From the IMG/VR virus record IMGVR_UViG_3300036790_000034, positions 1 to 64,000 of that record: a stretch of DNA of 64,000 bases, one strand, 5' to 3'. The position numbers were made by a program, and so were the translations under genes. Origin of the DNA: a virus. Positions 26,298 to 35,404 of the stretch are shown here, one piece after another; positions within the stretch are counted from its first letter, which is position 1; the number at the start of each line of letters is the position of its first letter. The notes beneath the pieces were generated by a model. The model did no database searches and had not been told where the DNA came from. It worked only from the letters and a program-made list of their open reading frames with translations.

Positions 26298-27410
26298 ATG
26301 GCTTTGACATTGCTCGACATCGAGAATCTGTCTTCGGCGGAATACGCCAAGAAGTTGAAAACGGACCCCGCATTTGCTGCGGAGGTCAATGCGTTGCTGG
26401 CGAATCCGCCACGCAACCCCGTAGCACCTGTTGTGCCCGTTGAGGAAGTTGCTCCGGCACCAGTACCCGCTCCCGCAGCCCCGGTCGAACTACCGGAACT
26501 GCGATACGAGTGGCAACCGACCGATGAGAACGACCGTCCTATCGGTGGTCGTCAGGTCATCAAATATCGCACAGAGGAAGAGAAGTTCGCCAAGGTTATC
26601 GAAGCGAACAACCTCCTAATCCGTCAGCTTCGCAAAGTGAATCGCGACAAGGCGGTAGGTTCGGCGGAAGAGATTCCGTCCGACGCAGAAAGATTCCAGA
26701 ACGTCACGGAGTTCAAACCCCGCGTCTTGACATCGGATGAACGATTCAAGCTGGCACAGGGGTTGACGAACCCAGAGACGTTCGATGAATCGCGTGACGC
26801 GTTGATTGAGTCAGCGTTTGGGGTCAAACCCGCAGTGCTGGCCTCAACCTTGAATGACACGCAACGATTCATCATTCAGCAACGTGCTGTCGAGAATTAC
26901 ATCGACTTCGTCAATACGACGGGCGTCTATGACAGCATGAACAATCGACAAGTCCTGACAGGTTGGCTGGGCAAGCGAAATCTCGCTCCGACCGTCGCAA
27001 ACTTTAACATTGCCCTATCTCAGTGTCGTCAATCTGGATTGATTGAAGATGCTCCTGTTGTGCAGCAGGTAACTCCGGCCCCGGCACCCGCTCCAGTAGC
27101 GGTGCCCGTCGTGCCCGTGGTAACGGAACCGAATCCGCAGGTTCCAGCAGCAGCCGCCCCCGGATTGGGGAATGAGCCGCAGCCGCAAGCAAAGCGTCAT
27201 AGTCACGTACCATCCGGTCTGAATGCCACAGTTGCTTCAGCAGCGGGACCAATCGTCCCTGTGGATGGAAATTCGGTGACTCTTGAGATGATTGATAAGA
27301 TGTCAGCCGCACAGTTCAAGGAATGGGCGAAAGTCCCCGCGAACCGTGCGTTGAACGAACGTCTTGAGCAGGAAGCTGCCCAGCGTCGTCGTGCTCGACA
27401 GAATCAATAA
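26298..27410 (+). CDS. capsid scaffolding protein
   Basis: Immediately upstream of the MCP; Pro/Ala linkers; terminal IDKMSAAQF-type helix. Confidence 0.7.
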   Translation: MALTLLDIENLSSAEYAKKLKTDPAFAAEVNALLANPPRNPVAPVVPVEEVAPAPVPAPAAPVELPELRYEWQPTDENDRPIGGRQVIKYRTEEEKFAKVIEANNLLIRQLRKVNRDKAVGSAEEIPSDAERFQNVTEFKPRVLTSDERFKLAQGLTNPETFDESRDALIESAFGVKPAVLASTLNDTQRFIIQQRAVENYIDFVNTTGVYDSMNNRQVLTGWLGKRNLAPTVANFNIALSQCRQSGLIEDAPVVQQVTPAPAPAPVAVPVVPVVTEPNPQVPAAAAPGLGNEPQPQAKRHSHVPSGLNATVASAAGPIVPVDGNSVTLEMIDKMSAAQFKEWAKVPANRALNERLEQEAAQRRRARQNQ

Positions 27411-27434
27411 TCAAACAACTAAGGTAGAACCACT

Positions 27435-28466
27435 ATGAGTTTTTCTCCGGCTGGCAATCAGCTTTCTAACCTGCCTCAGTCCACGGTGAAGCATTACGAC
27501 AAGAAGTTCCGTGAGAACCTGAAGGCCAACACCCCGTTCGTCCGTTGTGCAGAGCGTCTCGACCTGCCCATGAAGTCCGGTAACCAGTACGAAATGTTCA
27601 TGTACGTGCCTCTGGCAGCGAACACGAACCAGACGACTGAAGGAACCGTGGGTTCGTCCCTGAGCGTCAGCGTGCTGACCACGACTGCGACCATCGGTGA
27701 GTACGCCGACTACGCGAACTTCTCGTCTCTGTCGCTGGCAACCTCCATTGACCAGACTGTCGAGAACGTCGCGAAGGAAATGTCGTATCGCCTTGGCGAG
27801 TCCCTCTCGGCTCTCGTCCGTGCAACCGCCGACGGTGCGTCGAGCATTGATGCCAGCGTCCTCGTGCAGCTTGCTGCGTCGAGCACGTCCAGCTTCACCG
27901 CTCTGTCTCTGAGCCAGATTCGTAACAGCGTTCAATCGCTGGCGGGTCGCTCCGTCCGTCCGTTCGACGAGGCAAGCAAGGCATTTATTGGCGTCATCCA
28001 CCCGTTCGCCCTTGGCGACGTGCTGGCTGACAACAGCAACGATTCTCCAATCGACATCCTGAAGCATACCCCTGTGGGTCAGGCCAAGATGGATGAACTC
28101 GTGAGTGTTGACCTTGAGGAAGTAATCGAACTGCCGTCCACTGGCGTTCACTTCTTCCAGACCAACCTCGTGACCAAGACCTCGAACTACAAGGGCGTCA
28201 CGGGCCTCACTGCTCTCCGTACCTACATTTTCGGTAAGGACGGCATCTTCGCTATCAACCTCGGTGCCCAGAACGACACCAACTTCGGTGATGGCGACTG
28301 GCGTAACATCAAGTGCAACATCGTTCAGAACGCTGAACCGACCGTTGCCGACCCCGAAGGTTTGATTCCGGGGTGGACGAGCTACCGTGTTCACTTCACG
28401 ACCTCGCTCGGTCCTGACACCACGATTCGTATGCGGCAGATTGACGCCGCTTCCGCAATCAGCTAA
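27435..28466 (+). CDS. major capsid protein (HK97 fold, N4-gp56-like)
   Basis: 343 aa; TEGTVG, IGEYADY, FIGVIHP, GVHFFQTN, ADPEG motifs; strong codon bias; downstream hairpin. Confidence 0.85.
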   Translation: MSFSPAGNQLSNLPQSTVKHYDKKFRENLKANTPFVRCAERLDLPMKSGNQYEMFMYVPLAANTNQTTEGTVGSSLSVSVLTTTATIGEYADYANFSSLSLATSIDQTVENVAKEMSYRLGESLSALVRATADGASSIDASVLVQLAASSTSSFTALSLSQIRNSVQSLAGRSVRPFDEASKAFIGVIHPFALGDVLADNSNDSPIDILKHTPVGQAKMDELVSVDLEEVIELPSTGVHFFQTNLVTKTSNYKGVTGLTALRTYIFGKDGIFAINLGAQNDTNFGDGDWRNIKCNIVQNAEPTVADPEGLIPGWTSYRVHFTTSLGPDTTIRMRQIDAASAIS

Positions 28467-28478
28467 TCGACGAAGCGA

Positions 28479-28500
28479 AGGGGTGGGCCATCCCACCCCT
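28479..28500 (+). terminator. GC-rich hairpin after the MCP (terminator or stability element)
   Basis: AGGGGTGGG-CCAT-CCCACCCCT; weak U tract. Confidence 0.45.
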
Positions 28501-28557
28501 AAGTCGAAATAGTGTCGCACGCTGGAATGTACAGCGTGCCTAGATAGGAAGATTCGC

Positions 28558-29148
28558 ATGGCAAATCCCAATCCACAGCACACTCCGACCGACGGTCTGG
28601 GCGTAGCTGCATACGTGACCCTCAGCGGGTCCAGCGGGAGTTCGGTTATCACCAACTCCAGCGGCGGGGCGGACAAGTCGCAGGGTTCCAACGGTCAGGG
28701 TATCGGCCCCGGCACCGCAGCGTCAGGTTCTTTCCCGGTCGCACAGTACGCTCTGACATTGAGCGTGTCCGCAGCGGGCGGATATGCGAGTTCCCTCGCA
28801 GTGACCGCAGCACTGACGGATGTGCAGAACAACGCATACACTCCAGTCGGGTCCATCGAGGCGAAGTCGTACAACAACCCATCGGCGGGTTCACCGTCGT
28901 GGTATCGCCCAAGCAACTTCGCGGGTTACTCTGCGGACGTTGCGTCCGTCACGGACACTTCAGCATCGGCTGGTAACGAAGTCTTTACCATCACCGCTCT
29001 GAACCCCGGACAGGCTATCGTTGAGTGCCTCTTTCCCACTTTCGATAACACTTTGGGGAATCAAGCATCCGCGACAACTCCCAACACAGAATCGTTCAAT
29101 CCGACAATGGCGATATATGTGCAGGTAGTTGTGACCGTAATTCCTTAG
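28558..29148 (+). CDS. putative capsid decoration/Ig-like virion protein
   Basis: Ser/Thr/Ala-rich beta protein after the MCP; FTITALNPGQAIV. Confidence 0.6.
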   Translation: MANPNPQHTPTDGLGVAAYVTLSGSSGSSVITNSSGGADKSQGSNGQGIGPGTAASGSFPVAQYALTLSVSAAGGYASSLAVTAALTDVQNNAYTPVGSIEAKSYNNPSAGSPSWYRPSNFAGYSADVASVTDTSASAGNEVFTITALNPGQAIVECLFPTFDNTLGNQASATTPNTESFNPTMAIYVQVVVTVIP

Positions 29149-29212
29149 GCTTAGCGGCCTATGGCTAGATGGCGGGATGCCTAGAACATCCCGCTGTCGC
29201 TCTTTCTAGGAG
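29146..29212 (+). ncRNA. variant hairpin plus RBS-pairing pseudoknot element
   Basis: TAGGC-TTAGCG-GCCTA; GATGGCGGGATG-CCTAGAA-CATCCCGCTGTC; the loop pairs with TTCTAGG(AG). Confidence 0.65.
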
Positions 29213-29217
29213 ATGAG

Positions 29218-29634
29218 ATGGCGTACAAAGATTTAGAAAATCGGCGTGCTGCGGGTCGTAAAGCCTCGCAACGATTCCGCGATATCCACGGTGCGGAATC
29301 AAAGAAGTACCAACGTGAGTGGGCAAGGAATCTGAGTCCCGAGAAAAAGAAACTCCGGGCGAAGAAGGGTAATCGTCGTCGATATGGTTTGACGATTGAA
29401 AAGTATGATGCGAAGTTGGCATCCCAAAATAATTTGTGTGCGTTGTGCCACAAGCCCTTCAATTCAAAAATCGAACGAGAGCGTCCCGTTTTAGACCATA
29501 ATCATCGGACGAAAGTTTTACGAGATTTTATCCATAGCCAGTGTAATATCGGCATCGGAAATCTATTGGATGATGCTGCGATTTGTCGTCTCGCGGCGGA
29601 ATATTTAGAACGACACAAACAGGAGGAAGCATGA
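29218..29634 (+). CDS. endonuclease VII-like homing endonuclease
   Basis: YGLTIEKY..QNNLCALC...VLDHNH..RDFIHSQCNIGIG. Confidence 0.85.
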   Translation: MAYKDLENRRAAGRKASQRFRDIHGAESKKYQREWARNLSPEKKKLRAKKGNRRRYGLTIEKYDAKLASQNNLCALCHKPFNSKIERERPVLDHNHRTKVLRDFIHSQCNIGIGNLLDDAAICRLAAEYLERHKQEEA

Positions 29635-30086
29635 GTTGGGATACGGATTGGTCAACAGGAGTTTCGGAAACTATAACCGAGATACAAAGCATTGCTGCGA
29701 ATCAAGCTACTGATGAAGCGGACATCGCTGCTTTGCAAGCAGCCGCACTATATGTAGTGCAAACGACGGGAACTTCACTGACGGTAAGTTCTTCTGGACA
29801 AGGGAAGTTTCTGAAAGTCTATGCTGCGGGGGTTGTGGCGGGTAACGCTTCTACGACTGTCAGTGCGTCGATAGGCGGCGGTTTGGTGGTAGCGACCCCG
29901 TTCAATACGAATTCTTCAGGGTTGTTTATCCTTGAATTCGATATGTATTTCGACGGAAGCCATCTCTTCGTTCTGAAACCGGGGAGCAATCCTCAGGTGG
30001 CATCTTCATCGTCAACATCCTTCGGCGTATCACTCAGTAGCGGCGGGGGAGCCATCACGATTAGCAATTTCGTCGTGGAAGGCTAA
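29631..30086 (+). CDS. putative virion fibre/structural protein (MSWDTDWSTG...)
   Basis: AGGAGG RBS inside the HEG end; short coiled coil then beta-rich domain. Confidence 0.6.
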   Translation: MSWDTDWSTGVSETITEIQSIAANQATDEADIAALQAAALYVVQTTGTSLTVSSSGQGKFLKVYAAGVVAGNASTTVSASIGGGLVVATPFNTNSSGLFILEFDMYFDGSHLFVLKPGSNPQVASSSSTSFGVSLSSGGGAITISNFVVEG

Positions 30087-30093
30087 AGATTCA

Positions 30094-30136
30094 GAGGCCG
30101 CTTGACAGTTAACGCTGTACGAGCGGCCTTCTTTTT
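30094..30136 (+). terminator. intrinsic terminator
   Basis: GAGGCCGCTT...GAGCGGCCTT followed by CTTTTT. Confidence 0.6.
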
Positions 30137-30153
30137 CATCTCTAGGAGGAGAT

Positions 30154-30438
30154 ATGTCGGAGGAGCTAGATAAGGACCAAATCATCGCGTCCTTGATGGA
30201 ATCAGTAGAGAATCTGCGAGGCGAGTTAGCACAGCTTCGCAACAACAACCGCATTCTGCGTAGAGTGCATAGTGCCCTTCGTTCTGCCAACCAGTCCTTG
30301 CAGAACCGAGTGGCGATTGCCCAGCAGAACGACGAGTTGTTCAAAGAATTATGCACGAGCGACTTTGGTGCCAAGGTCACGAGTCCCGAGGATGGTGGAT
30401 TACCGGAGCCGGGAACACAGGTGGAAGCGTCGGTCTAG
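30154..30438 (+). CDS. coiled-coil hypothetical protein
   Basis: AGGAGGAG RBS; heptad repeats. Confidence 0.65.
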   Translation: MSEELDKDQIIASLMESVENLRGELAQLRNNNRILRRVHSALRSANQSLQNRVAIAQQNDELFKELCTSDFGAKVTSPEDGGLPEPGTQVEASV

Positions 30439-30583
30439 AACGGCGTGGATACGTCAATGCTCATCGCGGCTTGCTACCGTGACAGAGATTGATATACAGC
30501 ACTGAAGTGAAGGCTTCTCCCTGCGTGGGTAAGCCGTCCGTGAAGCCGCACCGGAGAAGCCTTTACATTTCTTGGAGGAGAAA

Positions 30584-31096
30584 ATGAAAAGTTTGAATTT
30601 GTTTTTGCGTGACCTGTTTTACAATCTCTACCTGCGATACGCAGGGCAGTTCCGAACCCAGCAGCAGGTTGCTGAAGCGAAGATGCACGGCAACGTGCTT
30701 GAAGGATTTGAGAGAGCAATTATCAAATCTCAGATGAAGTGTAACCATCACAAAGGTGGGACCATCTTCCGTGTTGTGGGTGAGTCAACTAGCCCCGCGA
30801 AGATTGCGGAGTGCTTACAAAATGGCACGGGCAACCAGTACAGCGTCATGAAGCACCAGATGATGAATGGTGATTGGCGTGTCCGCTGCACACGATGCGG
30901 TAAGACTTGGACCGCACCGATTCGTCAGGAGTATCGGAATGACCGCGAGTTCTGGGCGGCGATTGAGGATTACGAACGAGCCAAGAAGTTCGAGACGAAC
31001 AACCACACGAGCACGTCACTTCAGTTCCAGTGGCGGTATCGTGATGGCAGCGACGGCTCTGAGGTTCCTCGCAAAGCAATGGCAGCGAGGGTCTAA
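30584..31096 (+). CDS. KHQMxNGD zinc-finger family protein
   Basis: CNHHKGG...KHQMMNGDWRVRCTRCGKTW...FETNNHTSTS; paralog of 31819-32511. Confidence 0.75.
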   Translation: MKSLNLFLRDLFYNLYLRYAGQFRTQQQVAEAKMHGNVLEGFERAIIKSQMKCNHHKGGTIFRVVGESTSPAKIAECLQNGTGNQYSVMKHQMMNGDWRVRCTRCGKTWTAPIRQEYRNDREFWAAIEDYERAKKFETNNHTSTSLQFQWRYRDGSDGSEVPRKAMAARV

Positions 31097-31809
31097 TGCC
31101 AACGAACGAGGAATATCTCCAACGCTGGGAAGACGCTGCCCCGACGCCAGTCGCAACTGACTTGACGCCGGAAGAGATTGCCAAGATGCAGGGGACGCGT
31201 AACAGCGACAAACCCTCTTGGCAGACGTACGACGAAGAGATGATGGGTGATGTTGAAGACGCCGTTCTCCTCGAAGCGATGGCAGAGTACGCCAGTCGCG
31301 GGCCCAGCGGGGCTGAAGCAACCACCCAGACAAAAGAAGAACTGGCTCGGTTGAAAGAAGCATCCGCAGAACAGGTCAAAGAATATCAGTGGCTTTCGCC
31401 GGAAGAGTACAAGGACGAGAAAGAACGCATCGGTCACATCATGCACTCTGTCGTTTTCTTGAACAAACTCCAGAAGGCCGGGGTGAATTGCTGGTATCGA
31501 AGTCACCCGCAAGCCGGAAAAATCACGCTCATCGTCCAGCGTGCTGCATTGCCGCCTGAAGTTGGATGCTGGTGCCAAGAAGGATTCGCACCTGAACTTT
31601 CAATCATGCGGTTTGATGACCACGGCATTCCCCTCGCGGAGAAGTATCGCGGGTGGAGAACGCCACTCTTACAGTTGATTCTCAAGGGAGTCATCAGTGA
31701 GAAAAAGGCCGACGAGATTTTCGGGAAGCCTAAGACGACTCCCGCGTTCCATCGGTACAACTCGACCCTACGGAGATTCCGTGATGCGGGTTCGAGGTTA
31801 GAAAACTAG
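31096..31809 (+). CDS. hypothetical protein (237 aa)
   Basis: Coupled start (TAATG); ...KYRGWRTPLLQLI. Confidence 0.7.
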   Translation: MPTNEEYLQRWEDAAPTPVATDLTPEEIAKMQGTRNSDKPSWQTYDEEMMGDVEDAVLLEAMAEYASRGPSGAEATTQTKEELARLKEASAEQVKEYQWLSPEEYKDEKERIGHIMHSVVFLNKLQKAGVNCWYRSHPQAGKITLIVQRAALPPEVGCWCQEGFAPELSIMRFDDHGIPLAEKYRGWRTPLLQLILKGVISEKKADEIFGKPKTTPAFHRYNSTLRRFRDAGSRLEN

Positions 31810-31818
31810 GAGGAAGTT

Positions 31819-32511
31819 ATGAGCAAAGAAACTACGAAGCCGACGGGATTCCCCGAGGTTGACCCCACAGCGTCCGTTGAAGACCAGATTAAGCAGGCTG
31901 AACTCGCTGCGAAGCTGATGGAACTGGAAATCAAGCGTCAGGAACTCGAAGCCAAAGGGCTTGAGATTCAGGAACGCAAGTACCACATCCAAGACCTCAA
32001 AGCGAAGCTGGCCGACCGCGAAATCAGCGAGAAGCAGGCGAAGGAAGACCGTGAGCAGCAAGGTAAGACCATCGCCCAGCAGGAAGCAACCGACAAGTAT
32101 CGGTTCAGCGTTTGCACTCACCGCAAGGGTGGACTTGTTTCGCCCCGCGACCAGCGAGTGCTTTCGACGGGAGGCAACGCTAACCAGCGTGCAGTCCTGA
32201 AGCACCAGATGATTAACGGTGACATCTGGGTTCGCTGTCTCCGTTGCGGTAAGACTTGGGCACCCCCGGTCATGAACAACTTCTTCTTCGACGCAAAGGG
32301 CCGTAATGTGGCTCCGGTCGATGGGGAGTTCAACAAAGAGAAGTTCGAGAAGTCCGTCGCAGAGTACAAGGAAGCGACGATGTTCGAGACGAACAACTCG
32401 ATGTCCACTTCGGTCCAGTGTCGCTTCAGCACGGTCGATGCAGAGACGGGCAAAGTGATTGACGCGTCAGACCTCTACCGCGAGAATCTAGGCTCGACGA
32501 CTCTGCGATAA
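31819..32511 (+). CDS. coiled-coil plus KHQMxNGD zinc-finger family protein
   Basis: CTHRKGG...KHQMINGDIWVRCLRCGKTW...FETNNSMSTS. Confidence 0.75.
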   Translation: MSKETTKPTGFPEVDPTASVEDQIKQAELAAKLMELEIKRQELEAKGLEIQERKYHIQDLKAKLADREISEKQAKEDREQQGKTIAQQEATDKYRFSVCTHRKGGLVSPRDQRVLSTGGNANQRAVLKHQMINGDIWVRCLRCGKTWAPPVMNNFFFDAKGRNVAPVDGEFNKEKFEKSVAEYKEATMFETNNSMSTSVQCRFSTVDAETGKVIDASDLYRENLGSTTLR

Positions 32512-32526
32512 GTTGCAATTGCAAAT

Positions 32527-32592
32527 CTCATGGTCTAATTACCCATGAGCGGGGCGTGCTAGTAACACGCCCCAAACTCTTTTACTAGGAGA
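32527..32592 (+). ncRNA. TAATTAC hairpin plus RBS-pairing pseudoknot element
   Basis: CTCATGG-TCTAATTAC-CCATGAG; GGGGCGTG-CTAGTAA-CACGCCCC; the loop pairs with TTACTAG(GAG). Confidence 0.7.
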
Positions 32593-32596
32593 GAAC

Positions 32597-32983
32597 ATGA
32601 AACGTAAGACGTATTGTGTGCGAGGGCATCTTCGCACACCTGAAAATCTCATTCGCAACAATTGTAAGTTGTGTATGAAACAGTGGAACGTAGAACACCC
32701 GGAAGAACGCAAGAAAATCGCTCGTGAATATTCCCGACGATACAGAATGCGGAAACTTTACAACCTGACTGAAGAACAATATCAAGAATTGTTCCAGAAA
32801 CAAAGAGGGTTGTGTGTTCTCCCATCCTGCGGTGAACCCGCTACGGATATCGACCACTGTCACGTCCGCAGCAAGACGCGTGGGTTGATGTGCAATCGGC
32901 ACAACCTCGCCCTTGGATTATTCGGTAACAGCCCGATTCTGCTTCGTGAAGCCGCTGTATATCTGGAGACTTTCAATGGGTAA
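32597..32983 (+). CDS. endonuclease VII-like homing endonuclease with N-terminal CxxGH domain
   Basis: CVRGH..PENL; QRGLC; DIDHCH..RGLMCNRHN. Confidence 0.85.
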   Translation: MKRKTYCVRGHLRTPENLIRNNCKLCMKQWNVEHPEERKKIAREYSRRYRMRKLYNLTEEQYQELFQKQRGLCVLPSCGEPATDIDHCHVRSKTRGLMCNRHNLALGLFGNSPILLREAAVYLETFNG

Positions 32984-34043
32984 CAGTTCCTTTACGCTCC
33001 AAAATCTGGTTGACATCGCACGAGCGATGGGTGACCTCGCACCAACACTGCCCACGGGTGGTTCGTACGAAACTATTGCTCTGTCTGCCATCAATGACGC
33101 GATGACCGCGATGTTGGCAGGCAGTTCAAAAGGTTCGCAGTTCAACTTCAAGTTCAACCGCATTGACATTCCGCCATTTTTCATCAACTCATATCAGCAG
33201 GACTATGCGTCCTCTGTTGTGAATCTGGGCTGGCTGGAAAGTTGCGGTGCGTACAACACGAGTTCAACGCAGCAACCAAAGCCGTATCGAGTCATCGAAG
33301 TCAAGCGTGACGTGCTCATCACGAACGCTCAGACTGGCAACCTCGCGAAAATTGCTTGGATGCAAAACGACACTCTCCAGTACGGCGTGTGGGGACAGGT
33401 AGCAACGGTCTCTCTCACAGGTCTCTCAAATCCCGGCCCCGGCGTCAAGTACACGGACCCGACAGGTCTGACTGCACTTCCGGCCAATCCTGTGACACAA
33501 GTCAAGGATGCGTTCGGCAACCTCTGGATTGTCACGGTCTATGGGACGTGCGGCAACACAAATCCTTTCATCACCAATCTCAATCCTGTCTTCCCGTCAC
33601 TCGCGAATCCGACGCAAGTCGCGACGACCGCGACCGACGGCGGCGTCACATGGACCGCAGTCAACCCCAAGGGGCAAGGCTTCCGGCTCAACCCGATGCC
33701 AACCCAGACCGGACCAGTGTGGCAGGTTGCACCTGTGGGCCAAGCCCGCATTGCACAGTTCACTACGCTTGACCAGTTCCTTGAACCAGTCCCCGACGAC
33801 TACTTCTCGTATCTCAAGACTGGTTTCTTCGCACAGTGCTATCGCTTCCATCCCGACCCAAAACAACGAGGGAAGTTTCAGACAGAGTTCACTCTGTGGA
33901 TGCAGGCACTCGACAACGCAGTTCGTCAAGGTTCTCGTGAAGAGGACGATTGGAGTTTCGTGCCATCATCGAATGTGCTCGATACAGGTTGGGCCTTTAA
34001 TCCAGTAAATCCCGCGATGCCCTATGGTCCTTGGGCCGGTTAG
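32976..34043 (+). CDS. head-tail adaptor-like structural protein (MGNSSFTLQNL...)
   Basis: TLQNLVDIAR..ALSAINDA N-terminus; position in the tail module. Confidence 0.6.
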   Translation: MGNSSFTLQNLVDIARAMGDLAPTLPTGGSYETIALSAINDAMTAMLAGSSKGSQFNFKFNRIDIPPFFINSYQQDYASSVVNLGWLESCGAYNTSSTQQPKPYRVIEVKRDVLITNAQTGNLAKIAWMQNDTLQYGVWGQVATVSLTGLSNPGPGVKYTDPTGLTALPANPVTQVKDAFGNLWIVTVYGTCGNTNPFITNLNPVFPSLANPTQVATTATDGGVTWTAVNPKGQGFRLNPMPTQTGPVWQVAPVGQARIAQFTTLDQFLEPVPDDYFSYLKTGFFAQCYRFHPDPKQRGKFQTEFTLWMQALDNAVRQGSREEDDWSFVPSSNVLDTGWAFNPVNPAMPYGPWAG

Positions 34044-34097
34044 AATAAACAACTTACGGGGATTATCGAAAATAATTGAGGCGAATAGAAATAGAAC

Positions 34098-34126
34098 TTG
34101 CTACGGGGTGGATTCTGTGTTATGAT
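34098..34126 (+). promoter_or_regulatory. sigma70-like promoter of HEG 34144
   Basis: TTGCTA-17-TATGAT with TG; IHF-like box at 34044-34056. Confidence 0.55.
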
Positions 34127-34143
34127 GAGGGTTAGGAGGAACT

Positions 34144-34581
34144 ATGCCTTCAGAAGTAACACAATTCAAATCGGGTTCGGCTCACCATTTTGGTCAAAGG
34201 GACCGCTGTTCTAGTGGTCATCTATACCTTGAGGGTTCGTTCAAAATTGTTGATAAGGACGGGTACTCATACCGACATTGTCGAGTGTGTAGTCGTCTCG
34301 CGACAAAACGTGCTCATCAGATGAGGTACTACGGTATCACACAAGAACAGCGGGACGATATTTTCGTCAAGCAAGGCTCTTGTTGTGCTATCTGTAAGTC
34401 GAAGTATCACGGCGGACGAGGTTGGCATACCGACCACGACCACGTAACGAAGAAGGTGCGGGGCATTCTTTGCCATCCGTGCAATCTCGCATTGGGGAAC
34501 GTTAAGGACAATGTAGAGATTCTACAGGCACTCATCGAGTACCTGCGTGGAACAGAGGGCCGTGAACAACGGGCCACGTAA
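34144..34581 (+). CDS. endonuclease VII-like homing endonuclease
   Basis: CSSGH; YYGITQEQ..QGSCCAIC..WHTDHDH..VRGILCHPCNLALG. Confidence 0.9.
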   Translation: MPSEVTQFKSGSAHHFGQRDRCSSGHLYLEGSFKIVDKDGYSYRHCRVCSRLATKRAHQMRYYGITQEQRDDIFVKQGSCCAICKSKYHGGRGWHTDHDHVTKKVRGILCHPCNLALGNVKDNVEILQALIEYLRGTEGREQRAT

Positions 34582-34605
34582 TATGGATGCTCTGTCGGAT
34601 AAGCC

Positions 34606-35022
34606 ATGTTGAATTTCTTTCGTAAAACCGCCCTATGGATTGTCGCTATCCCGATGCTTTGTTTTTTCCTCGGTGCCGCGTCGAATCAAGCCGTCCTTGT
34701 TGCTAATCATGACAAATTTCCCGTCATGTGGAATGACGCCAAGGTCAACCTCTACCGACTCGAAGCGACCAAAGCCGCCGAAGCTGGAAATGAAGATGCC
34801 GAAATTGCTCTCGCCCTCTTGGAGCATGGCTACCTCGACGATACACATTGTTTGATGACAAAAGAGACGCATCTCAATTTTCTCGCAGACTGGATTGACT
34901 TGAAGTCCGCGACATACAGCCTCGGAGACCTCCTACTTGAATTAGGTGAGCGAGGAATGGGATACTCCTCGGTCGCATGGGTGGTTGTTGTCCTCGGAGG
35001 ACTCCGCAAGAAAGAAGAATAA
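34606..35022 (+). CDS. membrane protein, DUF5317-like
   Basis: GAASNQAVLVANHDKFPV...H...THLNFLADWI...YSLGDLL; terminal TM segments. Confidence 0.6.
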   Translation: MLNFFRKTALWIVAIPMLCFFLGAASNQAVLVANHDKFPVMWNDAKVNLYRLEATKAAEAGNEDAEIALALLEHGYLDDTHCLMTKETHLNFLADWIDLKSATYSLGDLLLELGERGMGYSSVAWVVVVLGGLRKKEE

Positions 35023-35026
35023 AGAC

Positions 35027-35404
35027 ATGGCATTGGCAACTTGTAGAAACGGACATTATCGTACTTCCTCGAATTCCAGAACCCGCTCGAATGGTGATGT
35101 TCGTTGTCTACAATGCGAACGTGAGAACAAACGTTTTCATAGATACGGCTTATCCGGCAAAGAATGGGAGGAGTTGTTTGATTCGCAAGGTCGATGTTGT
35201 GCTGTTTGTAAACGCACAGAAACTAAGGGTTGGGATTGGCATACCGACCACAGTCATACAACCAGCATAGTTCGTGGCATCTTGTGTGATGGATGTAATC
35301 GTGCTCTTGGAGCCGTCGATGATAATATCGACATTCTGCTGGCTCTTGTTGAATATCTTAAACGGAGTTCTTATGGCGTTGGCAACGTATACGATTGCAA
35401 ATAG
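35027..35404 (+). CDS. endonuclease VII-like homing endonuclease (MALATCRNGH...)
   Basis: YGLSGKEW..QGRCCAVC..WHTDHSH..VRGILCDGCNRALG. Confidence 0.85.
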   Translation: MALATCRNGHYRTSSNSRTRSNGDVRCLQCERENKRFHRYGLSGKEWEELFDSQGRCCAVCKRTETKGWDWHTDHSHTTSIVRGILCDGCNRALGAVDDNIDILLALVEYLKRSSYGVGNVYDCK

